DNA of 64,000 nucleotides from Aplysia californica (Eukaryota): positions 117,077 to 181,076 of the forward strand of contig NW_004798162.1 of assembly GCF_000002075.1 (NCBI RefSeq), written 5' to 3'. Below are positions 11,801-23,831 of the stretch, one piece after another. The notes beneath the pieces are model-generated. The model did no database searches and was not told where the DNA came from. It saw only the letters and a list, made by a program, of their open reading frames with translations. The first letter of the stretch is position 1. Each line of letters starts with the position of its first letter. Position numbers and translations under genes: made by a program.

Positions 11801-14561
11801 GATGTGCATCTCTTTACTCAATCAAAATAAGATTATTTTGAGGGGTTGAGAGGATTTGTAAATAGAACAATATAAATAAAAGTGAAAATGTATCATTATT
11901 TCTTTTGCATTATGTGTCTCTTTGGCCTTTAAATTAATGGAATATGTGCTGTTTAGTTAGAAAACTGAATAAGATGAGTCCTGCCAAGTGTTTTCTAGTT
12001 CTAGTAGTGTTGGAAGTGTTTACATTAGTATCAAGCAAGAGAAAAATGTTTGGATATTGCATATTATGAAAATCCTATCCAATTAAAGATCGCAAAAATT
12101 CAAAATTTACTTTAATATTGATTTCCTGACTCCCTAACGTCTTATATGGCAAAGATGAAATGTACAAATGGATGATGGTTTGTAAGTATTTGAACATTCA
12201 ACTTTTCCCTGATTCATTCCTATATATATCTGCTTTTAATACCTTATTTACAAAAGTTGAGAAAGACTGTTCTTTTTAATTTTGTTTTCTTTCACTTTAT
12301 TGTTTCTGTCTATCCATCTTGCCTCTTCCCTGCTTTAAATCACTTTTATCATGTAAAATTGCTTCTTTTTGCTAAAATTGGCTGTTTTTAGATGCTATTT
12401 CAGTGTAGTTCCTGAGTATCATAATGCAGGCTTTTTCTCAGCATCTGTTTTGATTCTCTGCGCTGATTGCCTTCCCTGTGAACAGAGGGAAGTGATGTCA
12501 ATCAGCTTTAGTTTTCTTTAATGCAGGCTCTTTTCTGACATATGTGTGCTTTTCATGTTCAGCCCTCTGTGGTCATTGTAATTCTTTTTTTTTAAATGGT
12601 TTTAAATCAAAAGTTGTGCATATATTAAGAAATCAGGTGATAGTCTGTGGGTGCAGAAATGAGTAATTTCCACAATATGTACCTAGGTATAATTCATAAA
12701 ATTTGTTTATATTTTCTTACTTTCATTTGGGGGATTCGTTGCTTTGTAGAGATGTGCAATATTTTTTTTAAGCTTCCTTGTAGATTTGATTATGAAAGAA
12801 TTGTTTAATCTTTACGTCAACCCATTTATGCAGCCTATTCAATTTCTCCACCACCTTCCCTAACTGGTGCAACTTCTGATGGATCACAAACTTTTTATTT
12901 ATCCCCAGTGAAAGGCTGAAACAGGGTAGCCCGGACAGGGACAGTGATTCTGACAATGGTATGTTCTTTTTTCTCCTCTGGTGAACAGTGGTGGTATTAT
13001 CAAGCTCTGTTCCAAACATAGGACTATAAAAAGGTTTTACTCCAGTCTGCGATTTATAGGAGTTCGGCTGATTTTAATGCTTGACTGCGATTGGAATGAA
13101 CGAGGTTGACCCCAACATTGTTCTTGAATTTGGGTTGTTTAGGGAGTTTTCATGAGCCACTGTTTTCCTGTTCTGTCAGATATTGACACTGATTTCAGAG
13201 ATTTCACCTTGTTTATAATTTAAATTTTACTGTTTTGAAAAGTGTATTTGCTATCAAACATCTATCGTCCTTATCTCTCCTCCTTCTTTTTTCTGTTCGT
13301 TACTCTCTTGTAACACTTCTAATCTTCGGCACTTATATGACCTTATTGTGTTGCAAGTGCCATAAAACTCTTACTTAAACTTTTAAAAATAAGTACCGTT
13401 CATATTATAGTCTTCTATTGTTATAATCAGTCCAAGCCCTCTTGTCTATGCGTCTCGTCTTTTATTTGGTTTTAGTTTTTTGGAAAAGGATTTATGAGGA
13501 TTATTTACTGTCTAAAAATAGCCTTTTCAAACTAATGACTTGAAATATATTGCTGTTTTGTTTTCCTGATATTTTATGTGGTTCAAGGAATTAAACCTTC
13601 CCAGTTTCAACAGGAAAAGTTTCATTCTTTTGTGTCGCAGCCACTTTATCTGTCATAATTTGAGTTGCTATTTGAGCTGTGCATCTTGTTTTCTATATCA
13701 ACACATTTTTCAACTCCTTCACAAATGAGCTCTACTTCCTGTTTACATTTTTCTTTCTGAAAATGTATAGGTGTATGGCCTTTACTCGCTTGATTTGCCT
13801 GTTCTAAACTATTCTAAAGCATTTCCCAACAGAATGTGGTGAAATCATATAAGTTTTCCTGATGTAACAGTCTGTATGTTATCAACACTTAGAGGGTTAA
13901 AGCTGAACCATTCCACACAATTTTTCCTGATGTAACAGTCTGTTTGTTATCAACACTTAGAGGGTTAAAGCTGAACCATTCCACACAATTTTTCCTGATG
14001 TAACAGTCTGTATGTTATCAACACTTAGAGGGTTAAAGTTGAACCATTCCACACAATTTTTCCTGATGTAACAGTCTGTTTGTTATCAACACTTTGAGGG
14101 TTAAACTGAACCATTCCACACAATTTTTCCTGATGTAACAGTCTATTTGTTATCAACACTGAGAGGGTTAAAGCTGAACCATTCCACAGTGACAACCAGT
14201 CACTCATTTACTTGCATCGTTACTTCTTTGAATGCATCACTTCTCATGATCTATTCCTTTTTGTTTCTCTCAGACATTCCAGTCATCCCAGAACTGGAGG
14301 AACAGACAGAAGAGGACTTGACCTCAAAAGTTGCATCAGCTCCCAAGTAAGCCTTCTTTGAAAACTAGAGATATTTACTTTTGATTTAATATTTTGAACA
14401 GAGGTGTTGAATTTCTGATTAAATCTGGTAATCCGGATTCCTGATGTTGTTTGGGTTTTTCCCGACTTCTGGCTGATTGTTGAGATGTTATTGCTCTTTG
14501 TATAAAGATTGTCGTGATACAGATGTATTAGACTAAAGCTATCTGCTTGTATGTGTGTGTA

Positions 14562-14601
<40 letters not shown>

Positions 14602-17226
14602 GTGTGTGTGATTTCTCTTAATCACTCTGAATTCTCGTTTTCCTCTCAGCGTTGCTGTTAACCGAGTGGCAACCTACAGAGAGCTAGACAATGATCTTCT
14701 CAAACAGGCTGCTTTCCTTACTCTGGTAAGTCACCCACCTCACAGATGTAAACCCTGCTCCATTAAAACAGACTACATTATAGCACACACATAGCAAACA
14801 CACATATAGTGAAATATACACACATAATGGACAGATTTGCACGTCCCAAATATTTTCTTATACACGCTTCTTCTTTGTTTTTAAAACATGTACATTGCAA
14901 AATTCGTACATAACAAAAAGATTTCTGTGTCCCGCCAAATTCGCTATGTGCTTGCAGGACCGAATAGCATTTGTGCTATATGGTGATAATTGTGCATGAG
15001 GCTAATTAAGCTTCTGCATGCCGTAAAATGTGGGTCGCAGTGAGTACAAAGAAAGTATTTATAAAAGGCTAATGGGGACAGTGCGTGCCATAGTATATAT
15101 CAGTAGCAGTGAGTACAAGAAAATTGGTGGCCTGTGTTTACACTTCTAATGTCTCTTTTGGTGTTTTGGGTAGATTCTATACTTCCACTGATAAGTCTTT
15201 CTCTTTGATCTTGAAAATTAGTCTTGACTTTCTTGTTCTTTTTGCAGTAGCTTTCTACCATCAATCCCCTAGCTCTGCTGTTGATCTTAGTTGGGGTCTC
15301 ACCCTTCTTTCAGACATCATAGAAGAGTGTGAACTTAAGTCCTCCTTTCTTTACTTGTGAACATCTTTTGGTATTCTTTTCGAGGATGACAAACTAAGTT
15401 TACTGTTTACTAAGGAGATCGCTGTGTTTATTTCTTCTGTTGCTTTATACTTTTTTGGATATATGATATAAATTGATACTTGTTTAACAGCTTCAACAAT
15501 ATTGTTCATTAATAGATCATCCTACTACATGGCTTTCTTCAGCCTTAGTCATAATTGTGAAATAGTCGGTCCATAGAATTCTAAAAGGGTTTGATATCTC
15601 CTTTTTTTAACCTTTTTAAACCATAGATGGCATTTTTTTTTTTCAGATAGGGGAACCTCAATGGCAATAATCTGTTTTACTGAAGCATAAGCTCTATCTC
15701 AAAGCTGAAAAACAAGCAGAAGAAATTTTGACTTTATTTTGTCTGTCACTGCAGGACAATGAGGTTGATCTCAAACTACTGACCAAGACTCTGTCTCCTT
15801 TGGATGACCTGATTGAGGTATGTCGTTTTAGTTAATAGATATTGGTGTTTGTAATTTCCATTCCTTTGAAGGAAAATTTGAATGTCAGAATGGTATAAGT
15901 TCAACAGTTGTTTTTATGTGTCTCCTCTTTTTTTTCAGTTTGAAATTACTACTGCCTAGTGCTTGCTGTTTTCTTTAAATTCTTTTTTTAAGCGTATCCG
16001 TACGTCGTGTTTTGCTATCGTATCCTTATGACATGGGGAACTCTGTGCCACCACTTTCCAAAGAGGAAATTTACTCATTAATCCGATCCGTACGCTTTGC
16101 ATAGCAGTCTGTCAAAATGATATTTTGAGAAATACTGAAAATTTTGAAGAGATCTTCGCACTAGAAGTATTCTAAAATGTGAAGAATACAACCCCTGGGG
16201 TACAAAACGACCCCAGGCGTACGGATAGGGTTAAAAAATGTTTGTGACATACGCTAGACATAAACTTATCAGTTTAGTTTTCTTTGTTTTGTTTTATATT
16301 TTTGTGTGTATTTTAGGACAGAAACTACAACACTTTCACAAAAACAGCAAAAATATTGTTTTGGCTAGTTTGGCTTTAAAAATGTTTTAGTCCCCAAAAT
16401 TTGTCATTTTTTGAAAAGTTATAAAACATTAACAAAATAAAATAGAATCAAAATTCCTTCTGTTCTGTAAAGCTCAACGTCTCCAATTGAAACTGGCCAA
16501 TTTTCATAAATCTAACATAAATAGGTACAGAGTAACTGGATTTTGAAAAAGGTTAAGAAAAACTGTCAGGCAGCGGCTTTTCCTGTGCTAAGGCGCCAGC
16601 AGCGAATGAGTTAAAGCTTATTCATTTACCTTGCTTTTGGTGAAAAAATACCTATTTATCTTAAATAGAAGTCGAAGTACTTGCAGTTGAAGGAGGTGGG
16701 GGGTTGCCTTGTGCCAGAAGTGGTGCTAGAAGTAAAATTATCTAGAAAATGGCCGCCAAAGTTTGTTCACTTCCAAAGCTTGAGTGTCCTTGAAAACTGC
16801 AAGTTTACATTTTTTTTGTGCGCGTGATCAATGTTTTCAGTAAAATTTACTCAGAAATGTTTTGTAATGGACATTAAAGGTGTTGAGCCAAAAAGAAGAT
16901 TTCTTTTTTATTTGCCTAACAGTCAGAAAACAACGGTTTCTTTTATTTGATTATATTGACTAATACTGTATTTATTTACCTACTTTACATGTTATAATGA
17001 CACTGTCCAAGATGACCGCCTTTGTAAGATGACTATTTTTCTCCTCGACATCAGGTGGCCGTTTTGGACAGGTACAAATGTGCTTTACAATCATTTACAT
17101 TTTTTTCTCCGCCAGGATGACAAGCCTTGGGACTGGGACCGACTCTTCACAGAAGTCTCATCAGAATTGAGGACAGAATGGGAGAAAACAAGACCGGGTG
17201 AAGAGGAAGTGGAAGCTGAACAATAG
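4209..17226 (+). CDS. IFT43: Intraflagellar transport protein 43 (IFT-A subunit), spliced, 5'-partial
   Basis: Exons with AG/GT boundaries and matching phases: 4209-4310 (GAKTGRRA...), 5246-5316 (..SGWGEE..), 6753-6791, [8994-9083 candidate cassette], 12909-12958 ([16 protein letters not shown]), 14274-14346 ([24 protein letters not shown]), 14650-14725 ([25 protein letters not shown]), 15755-15817 ([15 protein letters not shown]), 17116-17226 ([18 protein letters not shown]..., TAG). Matches recalled human IFT43 motifs ([48 protein letters not shown]). The ATG exon was not identified and probably lies upstream of the window. AATAAA at 17411. Confidence 0.93.
6299..6428. repeat. Compound microsatellite (TCTG)n-(TC)n
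   Basis: Directly visible. Confidence 0.95.
7664..7832 (-). mobile_element. Retroposon (LINE/SINE) 3'-end fragment, family A
   Basis: Homologous to 10905-11072, 13250-13372 and 43638-43795; carries a diverged version of the terminal GGCACTT-loop-AAGTGCC hairpin. Confidence 0.65.
8554..8790. other. Assembly gap (N run)
   Basis: N run abutting (CT)n. Other gaps: 10571-10719, 20458-20599, 28115-28251, 31014-31113. Confidence 1.
10905..11072 (-). mobile_element. Retroposon 3'-end fragment, family A
   Basis: GGCACTTGCAACACA..TCATATAAGTGCCGAAGAT is shared with the other copies. Confidence 0.65.
11119..11310. mobile_element. Small MITE with 12-bp perfect terminal inverted repeat
   Basis: ACTCCCGTCTCA (11119-11130) and TGAGACGGGAGT (11299-11310). 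Confidence 0.6.
13250..13372 (+). mobile_element. Retroposon 3'-end fragment, family A (sense orientation)
   Basis: CTTCGGCACTTATATGACCTTATTGTGTTGCAAGTGCCATAAAAC; reverse complement of the copies at 7.7, 10.9 and 43.6 kb. Confidence 0.65.
13854..14188. repeat. Minisatellite, ~5 x 68 bp, in an IFT43 intron
   Basis: CCTGATGTAACAGTC recurs at 13858, 13926, 13994, 14062 and 14129 with no unique spacers. Confidence 0.95.
15992..16230. mobile_element. piggyBac-type (TTAA) MITE, family P1 copy 1
   Basis: TTAA flanks at 15988 and 16231; TIR (ccc)TATCCGTACG/CGTACGGATAGGG; full-length homology to 41329-41568. Confidence 0.8.
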
Positions 17227-17570
17227 GAATGTTTCGTTTTGGTTTTTTTTTAGAAACTGTTCTATTTAAAGGGAAATGTGAGGGTTTACATTCCATCGAA
17301 ACAAATTTCCCTATAATTTCAGGTCATCAGTGTCCGTCCACTTGATCATGTTTAAAGCGTATCACTTTTGTATATGTCGGTTGTGATTTCTTGTTTGTGC
17401 TTAATGTGTAAATAAATCATTTCTTACTTTATGACCTTCTCTTTTTTATTTGTTCATTTATACATATAAAATTCATGGCTAAGTGATTCCACTTTTGTGT
17501 ACCTTAATCTCCCTGTAGCGCTTTCTTCAGGACCAGTGATGAGAAGATTTGCTTTGAAAACTCCTGTTAA

Positions 17571-18206
17571 CTCATTTGCTGTCATTTAACTTTATGGCTC
17601 AAGGCCAAAAGAATGCCAGGCATTTTGGCAGCTATTTAAAAAAACATTGTGACCAAATTATTCACCGCCCAAAAATGAGAGTTTCACTGCACAATGCAAA
17701 AGGAAATTTTAAGATATCTTGAATGATCATTTTATTTTTTTAATGACTTTTTACAAGTTTGTCAAAATTTGGAACTTTTTTTTTTTTTTTTAAATTAACT
17801 ACTAGTACTATGTCTTGATCTTGATTGCTAAGTCAACTGTCACTAATATCTACAGCCTTTCACTAGTCTCTACTAAACTTTGAAACAGCTACATAGCTTG
17901 GGTCAGCATCGCTGTCAACTTCTTTAGCACAAGAAAAGTCTAGATCTGACCGGGCCTACTGACATGTTATGGGTCCATCAGTTCGAACCGAAAAAAAAAA
18001 AAAAGAGATATATAAACTCAAACAATGCTCGACCAACTCATAAGAGATAGCAGCTACATGAGTACCCTCGAAGACCAGCCCCGAAACACATCGGGTAATA
18101 GTAAGGGGGGGGGGGGGAAGGAAACTTGAAGCCACGGGTTTTCAGCAATAGCACTACCCCATCTATCGATTGAACCATAAACTCTTTGGATCTGGCAGCG
18201 AGTGAG
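17571..18206. mobile_element. TTAA-type MITE with CTCA termini
   Basis: TTAA-CTCATTTGCTGTCA...TGGCAGCGAGTGAG-TTGA (imperfect TIR and TSD). A related end, CAGCGAATGAG-TTAA, lies at ~16600-16614. Confidence 0.55.
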
Positions 18207-18412
18207 TTGAGCAAATCTGTCCATTCTGTGTCTAATCTCTGTTCTCCAAATAAAATTTAACCCATTCTCTGTGTACTTAAGAACAAAAACTATTCCAATC
18301 TTTGTGATGTATACACTTTAGCGAAGTGTAGAGTCAGCAGCCATGGTCCTGACTGATTTGTCAGCCATAGGATATCGGATCACTGAATTGTTCAAGATGT
18401 TTACCACTAATT

Positions 18413-18616
18413 CAGCACCGGCATTTTTAGTGTAGCAGTTAGACCCTTCGTTATTGCTCGCAGGAGACCTGGGTACATTTTCCGAGTGGGGAGAACATTT
18501 TTTTCAAGTATCACAGTCTTTCTGCTGAGGTTGTTGAAATCCTCTTAGCCTGAAACTACTAAACGATCTGAACTGTGGCGATGTAGGTGTATAAACACCT
18601 TCATTAAAAATAAAAC
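18413..18616 (+). mobile_element. tRNA(Asp-like)-derived SINE
   Basis: Head resembles tRNA-Asp (GCAGGAGACCTGGGT..CCGAGTGGGGAG) but is degenerate; followed by a non-tRNA body and an A-rich tail; related copy at 18798. Confidence 0.55.
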
Positions 18617-18797
18617 AATTCAGCAACAGATTTGGTATACACATGGATCTCCCAGTCGCATATCGCACCCCAAGAATGACAAAATTCTCTCTCCAACTTT
18701 TGGTGGCACTGAGTCATACTCAGCAAACAGCTACTATAGGTGGAGCCTGTGTAATGATCGTGGCACTAGCATGATTTGTTGATCAGAAAGACAGAAC

Positions 18798-19007
18798 CAG
18801 CATCTGTGGTGTAGCAGTTAGGCGCTTCGCTATCACATGCACAGAACTGAGTTCAATCTCGAGTGAGGAGGAAATTTCTATCCAGAATCTCAGTTTTTCT
18901 GTTGGGATATTGTATCCCTTTCAACCCAGGTTGGCCCTGAATGGGCAGGGTCAAAGGCCGTCTCCGAAATGATTTAATGTGTGTCACAGGGGGTATGAAA
19001 AACACAT
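18798..19007 (+). mobile_element. tRNA(Asp-like)-derived SINE, second copy
   Basis: A-box-like TGGTGTAGCAG and B-box-like GAGTTCAATCT; body similar to 18413-18616. Confidence 0.55.
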
Positions 19008-20339
19008 AATTTTTTTTTATTTCAGAAATATAAATGCAAAGCCATTCATTTTTAGTATAAACAACTCAAACAACTGAACAACATCTCATTTATTTTTTGT
19101 ACACTTTATTCTTCGCATTATGTACACCTTGTGTGTACATATCAACTGTTTCATTTTGTATGACTATTATTCAAAGATATAACTGAGTGGCATTAGTTAT
19201 AATAAAACCTAAAGAAAAAAATAACATGTATATATTTATATTTTGCTAGAATAAAAACACATACTTCGATCACTGTAATCATGATGTTAATTTTATAATC
19301 AAACTTATACTTCTGTGCAAGGTTTCTTACTATAAACCCATCCTTGGTAAATTTTTAATATATCATACACACAAAGTAATTATACATCCACTTTCATTTT
19401 GATTTTAAATAAAATCAAAGCCATATTTGAGAGCATGTGCGACGGCAAACGTCAGCAAATTTTCTGTGACTTGTAGACATTTCAAAATTATATTTACAAC
19501 TGGTATGCCAGGGAGCGTATCCACCACTTGTCCTGACATTTTGCAAGCAATGTTAACCTGAGGGACTTGCTGGTCTGGTTGGTTTGTGATAACCACCAGT
19601 GATGCAGTTACACTGAAAGAAACAGGACATGCAAAATAAAAAATACTTCTAAGACCTCAAAACAATACCAGTACCACTGTATCTGTGAACTGTTGTTTTA
19701 TTTGGGGGGGCGGTTTTTCCCCTCACAAAAATTTCTCAAAATCTTCTTCTAATCTACCCAAATTTTTGTAGAATTTAATCTGCTCCTGTTGAAGAGTAAA
19801 TATTTTACTTTTAAGCTTTAATCTATGTCATGTACGTTTAATGAAGAAAAAGCAAAACTCAAGACCTTATGTGTATTTTCATTGCAGCCACAAAGGGAAT
19901 ACGACTAGAAAAGGAATGGCCAGAGTTTTGTCGGAAGGAAACTTCGGAAAAGAAAGGATGAAAAATTTTTAGATGTGCTTCATGTGAGGGCATCAAAGTT
20001 TTTTTTACACCTTAAAGAGTCAAGGAACAGAATACGGTAAACTCTACATAAAAACCACAAAACAATTATACAAACACTGAAATTCAACTTTCAAACAAAG
20101 GAACATTTCTATAAAGCCATGCACAGCTGGCCATCAGTATCTCAGAAGCTGGCCTTTTGATTTAAAAAGATAAAAGTCGACTTCAGTTCTACCAAAATAT
20201 TTGTAAAATACTTCACTTTATTTGACATCAAAAAGTTTACTCTGAAGTTGTTGATGTCATAAACCTCTATAAAATTGGCAATAGAACAAAATGTATAACA
20301 ACAAGAAAAGCTCAAACAAAACTCTGCAATTCATAAGCT

Positions 20340-23300
20340 TCACACTTGTCCTTGAGAATAGGTATCATTGAGTTTGGAGAAAATGGGGATTGGCGGCACC
20401 AAGGTCTTGAAATTCTGAAAAAGAAAACATCGTAAGGTAGTATAAAGCCTATGAGAANNNNNNNNNNNNNNNNNNNNNNNNNNNNNNNNNNNNNNNNNNN
20501 NNNNNNNNNNNNNNNNNNNNNNNNNNNNNNNNNNNNNNNNNNNNNNNNNNNNNNNNNNNNNNNNNNNNNNNNNNNNNNNNNNNNNNNNNNNNNNNNNNNC
20601 ACCTCTTGCTTACACTGCACTTAATCAAAAGGTGACATCACAGATACCTTTGAACAGAACTTATTAAGTCCACAGAAAGTTTTACAGCATAATCAAGTCT
20701 CTGAGCAATAAGTCCTATTTAAGCAGGACATTTATATATATTTTAAAAAACTATTTTCTCATCAGTGCAAAAGGGGGGGGGAAGAAAAGGGACCCCCCCC
20801 CCAAAAAAAAACCCAAAAAAACCACAACAGTTTTTATTTTTTGATTAACAACTTTTTTTTTCTTAATTCACCTGGCAGGATTTTCAAAAATAATCCTTTC
20901 TGGCATACAGAAACAGAAAATGGTAACCGCAATACAAGTCTTTTCTAAAAAAAATGTTGTACCAAAAAAACAAACTCTGAGCAACCAGTGGTATTGAGCC
21001 TTATCTTTTTTCAACATAAACTGTTCAAAAATTTCGATGCAATTAGCTTCTTTCTTCAGAAAAAAAAAGAGATATTATTAATATAGCTGCGCTACGGTGA
21101 AAACATACCCTTTTTCAATCAAGTCAAAGCTTTTTTACCTGGATACGCCTTATGGACTCCAAGTCAAATACAATTTCGTCGTTAAATAGCATGAACAATA
21201 AAGTGTGACTAGAAAAAACTGCAAGTACAAGAAAAAATAGATAATAAAATAGAACAGAATAAAATGACAGCCCTGCCCACCTGTGAAAACACATGTTTGT
21301 CCAAGAATTCCTCCCTGTAGTACTTGGTCCCATACGGTAAATGTCCATAACGTGAAGTGGAGTGCAGCAAAGGTTCGTACGGCACCGAGCGGTGCGTGAA
21401 TGGCTGGAAGCTATAGATAGACACAAGAATACAAGAGAGGATAAATTTCCATAGAGAACAGAAGCGATATTTTCAAGTAATGTATACAACCACTATTATT
21501 GTATAAAGATATCATTTTTTTCTAAATATCAAAACTATCTAGTGGCTAAAAAAATATTATTATGATCACAGTAAACAAAATAATACTAATATTTCCCATT
21601 CACAGAATCACTGTAGCTTTATGCAGCATTCAAGATATGTTCAGTTGAATCTACAAAGAGTTGAGTAGAAATTTGATTCGAATGTAAGAGAATAATAACA
21701 TTATAAGTCCTTAGAGCCAAACCTGCCCTACACAAAAATGATTTAACAAGTGAAAAGATTTCACCAGCACTGCATTGCACAATTAATTTTTTTCATGAAT
21801 AGTGTTAATTAGAGAACATGGATATGCTGTGGTCTGTGATGATGATGATAATGGCAATGACGATGATGGTAATGATATGTTTTTTCTAGTAACATTCCTG
21901 ATAGGCGAAACATTAAACTATTTTTCACACAATATCATGCTATTCTAAAAAAGTATCAAAGTCTTCAAATGTGTTCTTTTTCTACCATTCAATAATGATA
22001 ATGATGATGATGACAAAGGTCAGAAACATACCTGCCTATAATAACATAGACATCAATGCTGCTATCCCACCTCTCGCGTAACCTTCTTTGTATCGATAGA
22101 GGCTTGAAAAAACAAACCACAACAACAAAATCAGAAATCTTACGTGCTGTCGTTGATCCTGGTGACCCACTCTGCATCCTTCAGTTTCTGCCTGGCTTTC
22201 TCCAGGGAGTAGAAGTCAGTGGACACACGCAGCGAGGGTTGGAAAGGCTTGTAGCGCTGCTTCTGAACCACCGCTGGGTCTCGGAATGGGCCCTGGTGAA
22301 GCAACAGTCAATGTTGAGGTCAAGTTCTGGCTTGCTTGCGTGAAAAACAAGTATATACTTCTTCTTCTTCAGCTTCTTCTTATTATTATTATCATTGCTA
22401 TTAATATTATTATTTTCACAGTAAAATACATCAAGTGCTATACAGCATACTATGAGGCCACAGTCTTATGCTGCTAGAGAACTAAGCTGCAACGACAAAT
22501 GCTACTCTCTGACCTTGCCATTCCAGTCTGGAAAACAGCTAAAAATCAAACTCCACAAACATGGCAAAAATATAGAACATCTCTCGTATAATCTACTGAC
22601 ACAATCATAACAAAGCAAAGTGTTCACAAGATTAATTAGAAGATTACAGCTTACTGAAAGAACTTGAACAGTTGAGTGACAAGAAAAGACGTAGAATACA
22701 GATTTTAAAACTCTCTATCTCCCGGGGGGGAACGCACAACGTCGTGCCTCTTTTTTGGTACTAAATCTAAAAATGACAAAAACGTCATGAAACGGGTCAT
22801 TAAATCAATTCAAGCAAATCTATTTTGATAGTTCTTCATCTAATGAATGAATTCCCAATACAAGAGACTTGTTTTCGGCAAGAGCCGAAAAGTAATTTAA
22901 TGTCGAAGTCGTCGTACAGGAATGTGCCCAAACCACTGCCAGTGGCTCACTAGCACAGCAGTTCCGACCGCGAGCCACTGGGAGTGGTTTGCCAGAGATA
23001 GGGTTAAAAGAGCGTGGGAGCTAATAAATGTGTGGTGCGGAACCATGACCTATATCGTCTGGTTAAGATCCAACACTTGAAGAAGAAGAAGATTAGTAAG
23101 CTGTATACAAGAACGTATACCTGAGGTAGTGCAGACAGAGGCGGTAGTGTTTTGGGGATCTGAGAGTTGTACTTGACCCAAGCAGGATCAAATTCAGCTC
23201 CTCGTTTCTTGGACGTCTTATGGGAGAGAGGCCGAACGTTGCGCAGCAAATATTCAGTTTCCGTCGGGTACCTGGGGACCATGTAGTTTATGTGATTTCT

Positions 23301-23768
23301 GTATTCACAAGAATTGTTTAGCTCCTCTTCAAAAGGTTCAAACAATTATAATGAAAAGTAATGCTTTACTCACGCTTACAACTCCAAGATTAGAAACACT
23401 GATAAATACATTTCCTTTGTCAAGTATAGGGTTCTTATTTTTGTAGATTGAGTATTTGAGTAACAAAGGTCAATTTCACTAAAAGTTTTTTCAGTCTCAG
23501 AAAAGATATGAATACTCATGAATGCGCAAACACATACAGATATATCATCCACACATGCAGGGCCAGATTTAATCTCTGGAATGGGGGCTGTAACAGGTCA
23601 CTTTTGAAAGATTACGGTTGTATGTATTTTCATGTTAACAGACTGAATCGATAACAATATTATGTCAACAAAAAGTTAATTTGGGCTTGTCCACCACTCA
23701 GATTAGTCAGGATACAGCCCAGCCCTACCCTGTCATACAACTTGCCCTCCACATACAAATACACACAC

Positions 23769-23831
<63 letters not shown>

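Noticed and set aside
13854-14188. CRISPR-like regularly spaced repeats
   Set aside because: Units are contiguous near-identical 68-mers with no unique spacers, there are no cas genes, and the context is a eukaryotic intron.
18413-18900. Functional tRNA genes (also 40290-40371, 50480-50560, 48410-48485)
   Set aside because: Stems and B-boxes are degenerate and are followed by repeat bodies, so these are SINE heads rather than tRNAs.
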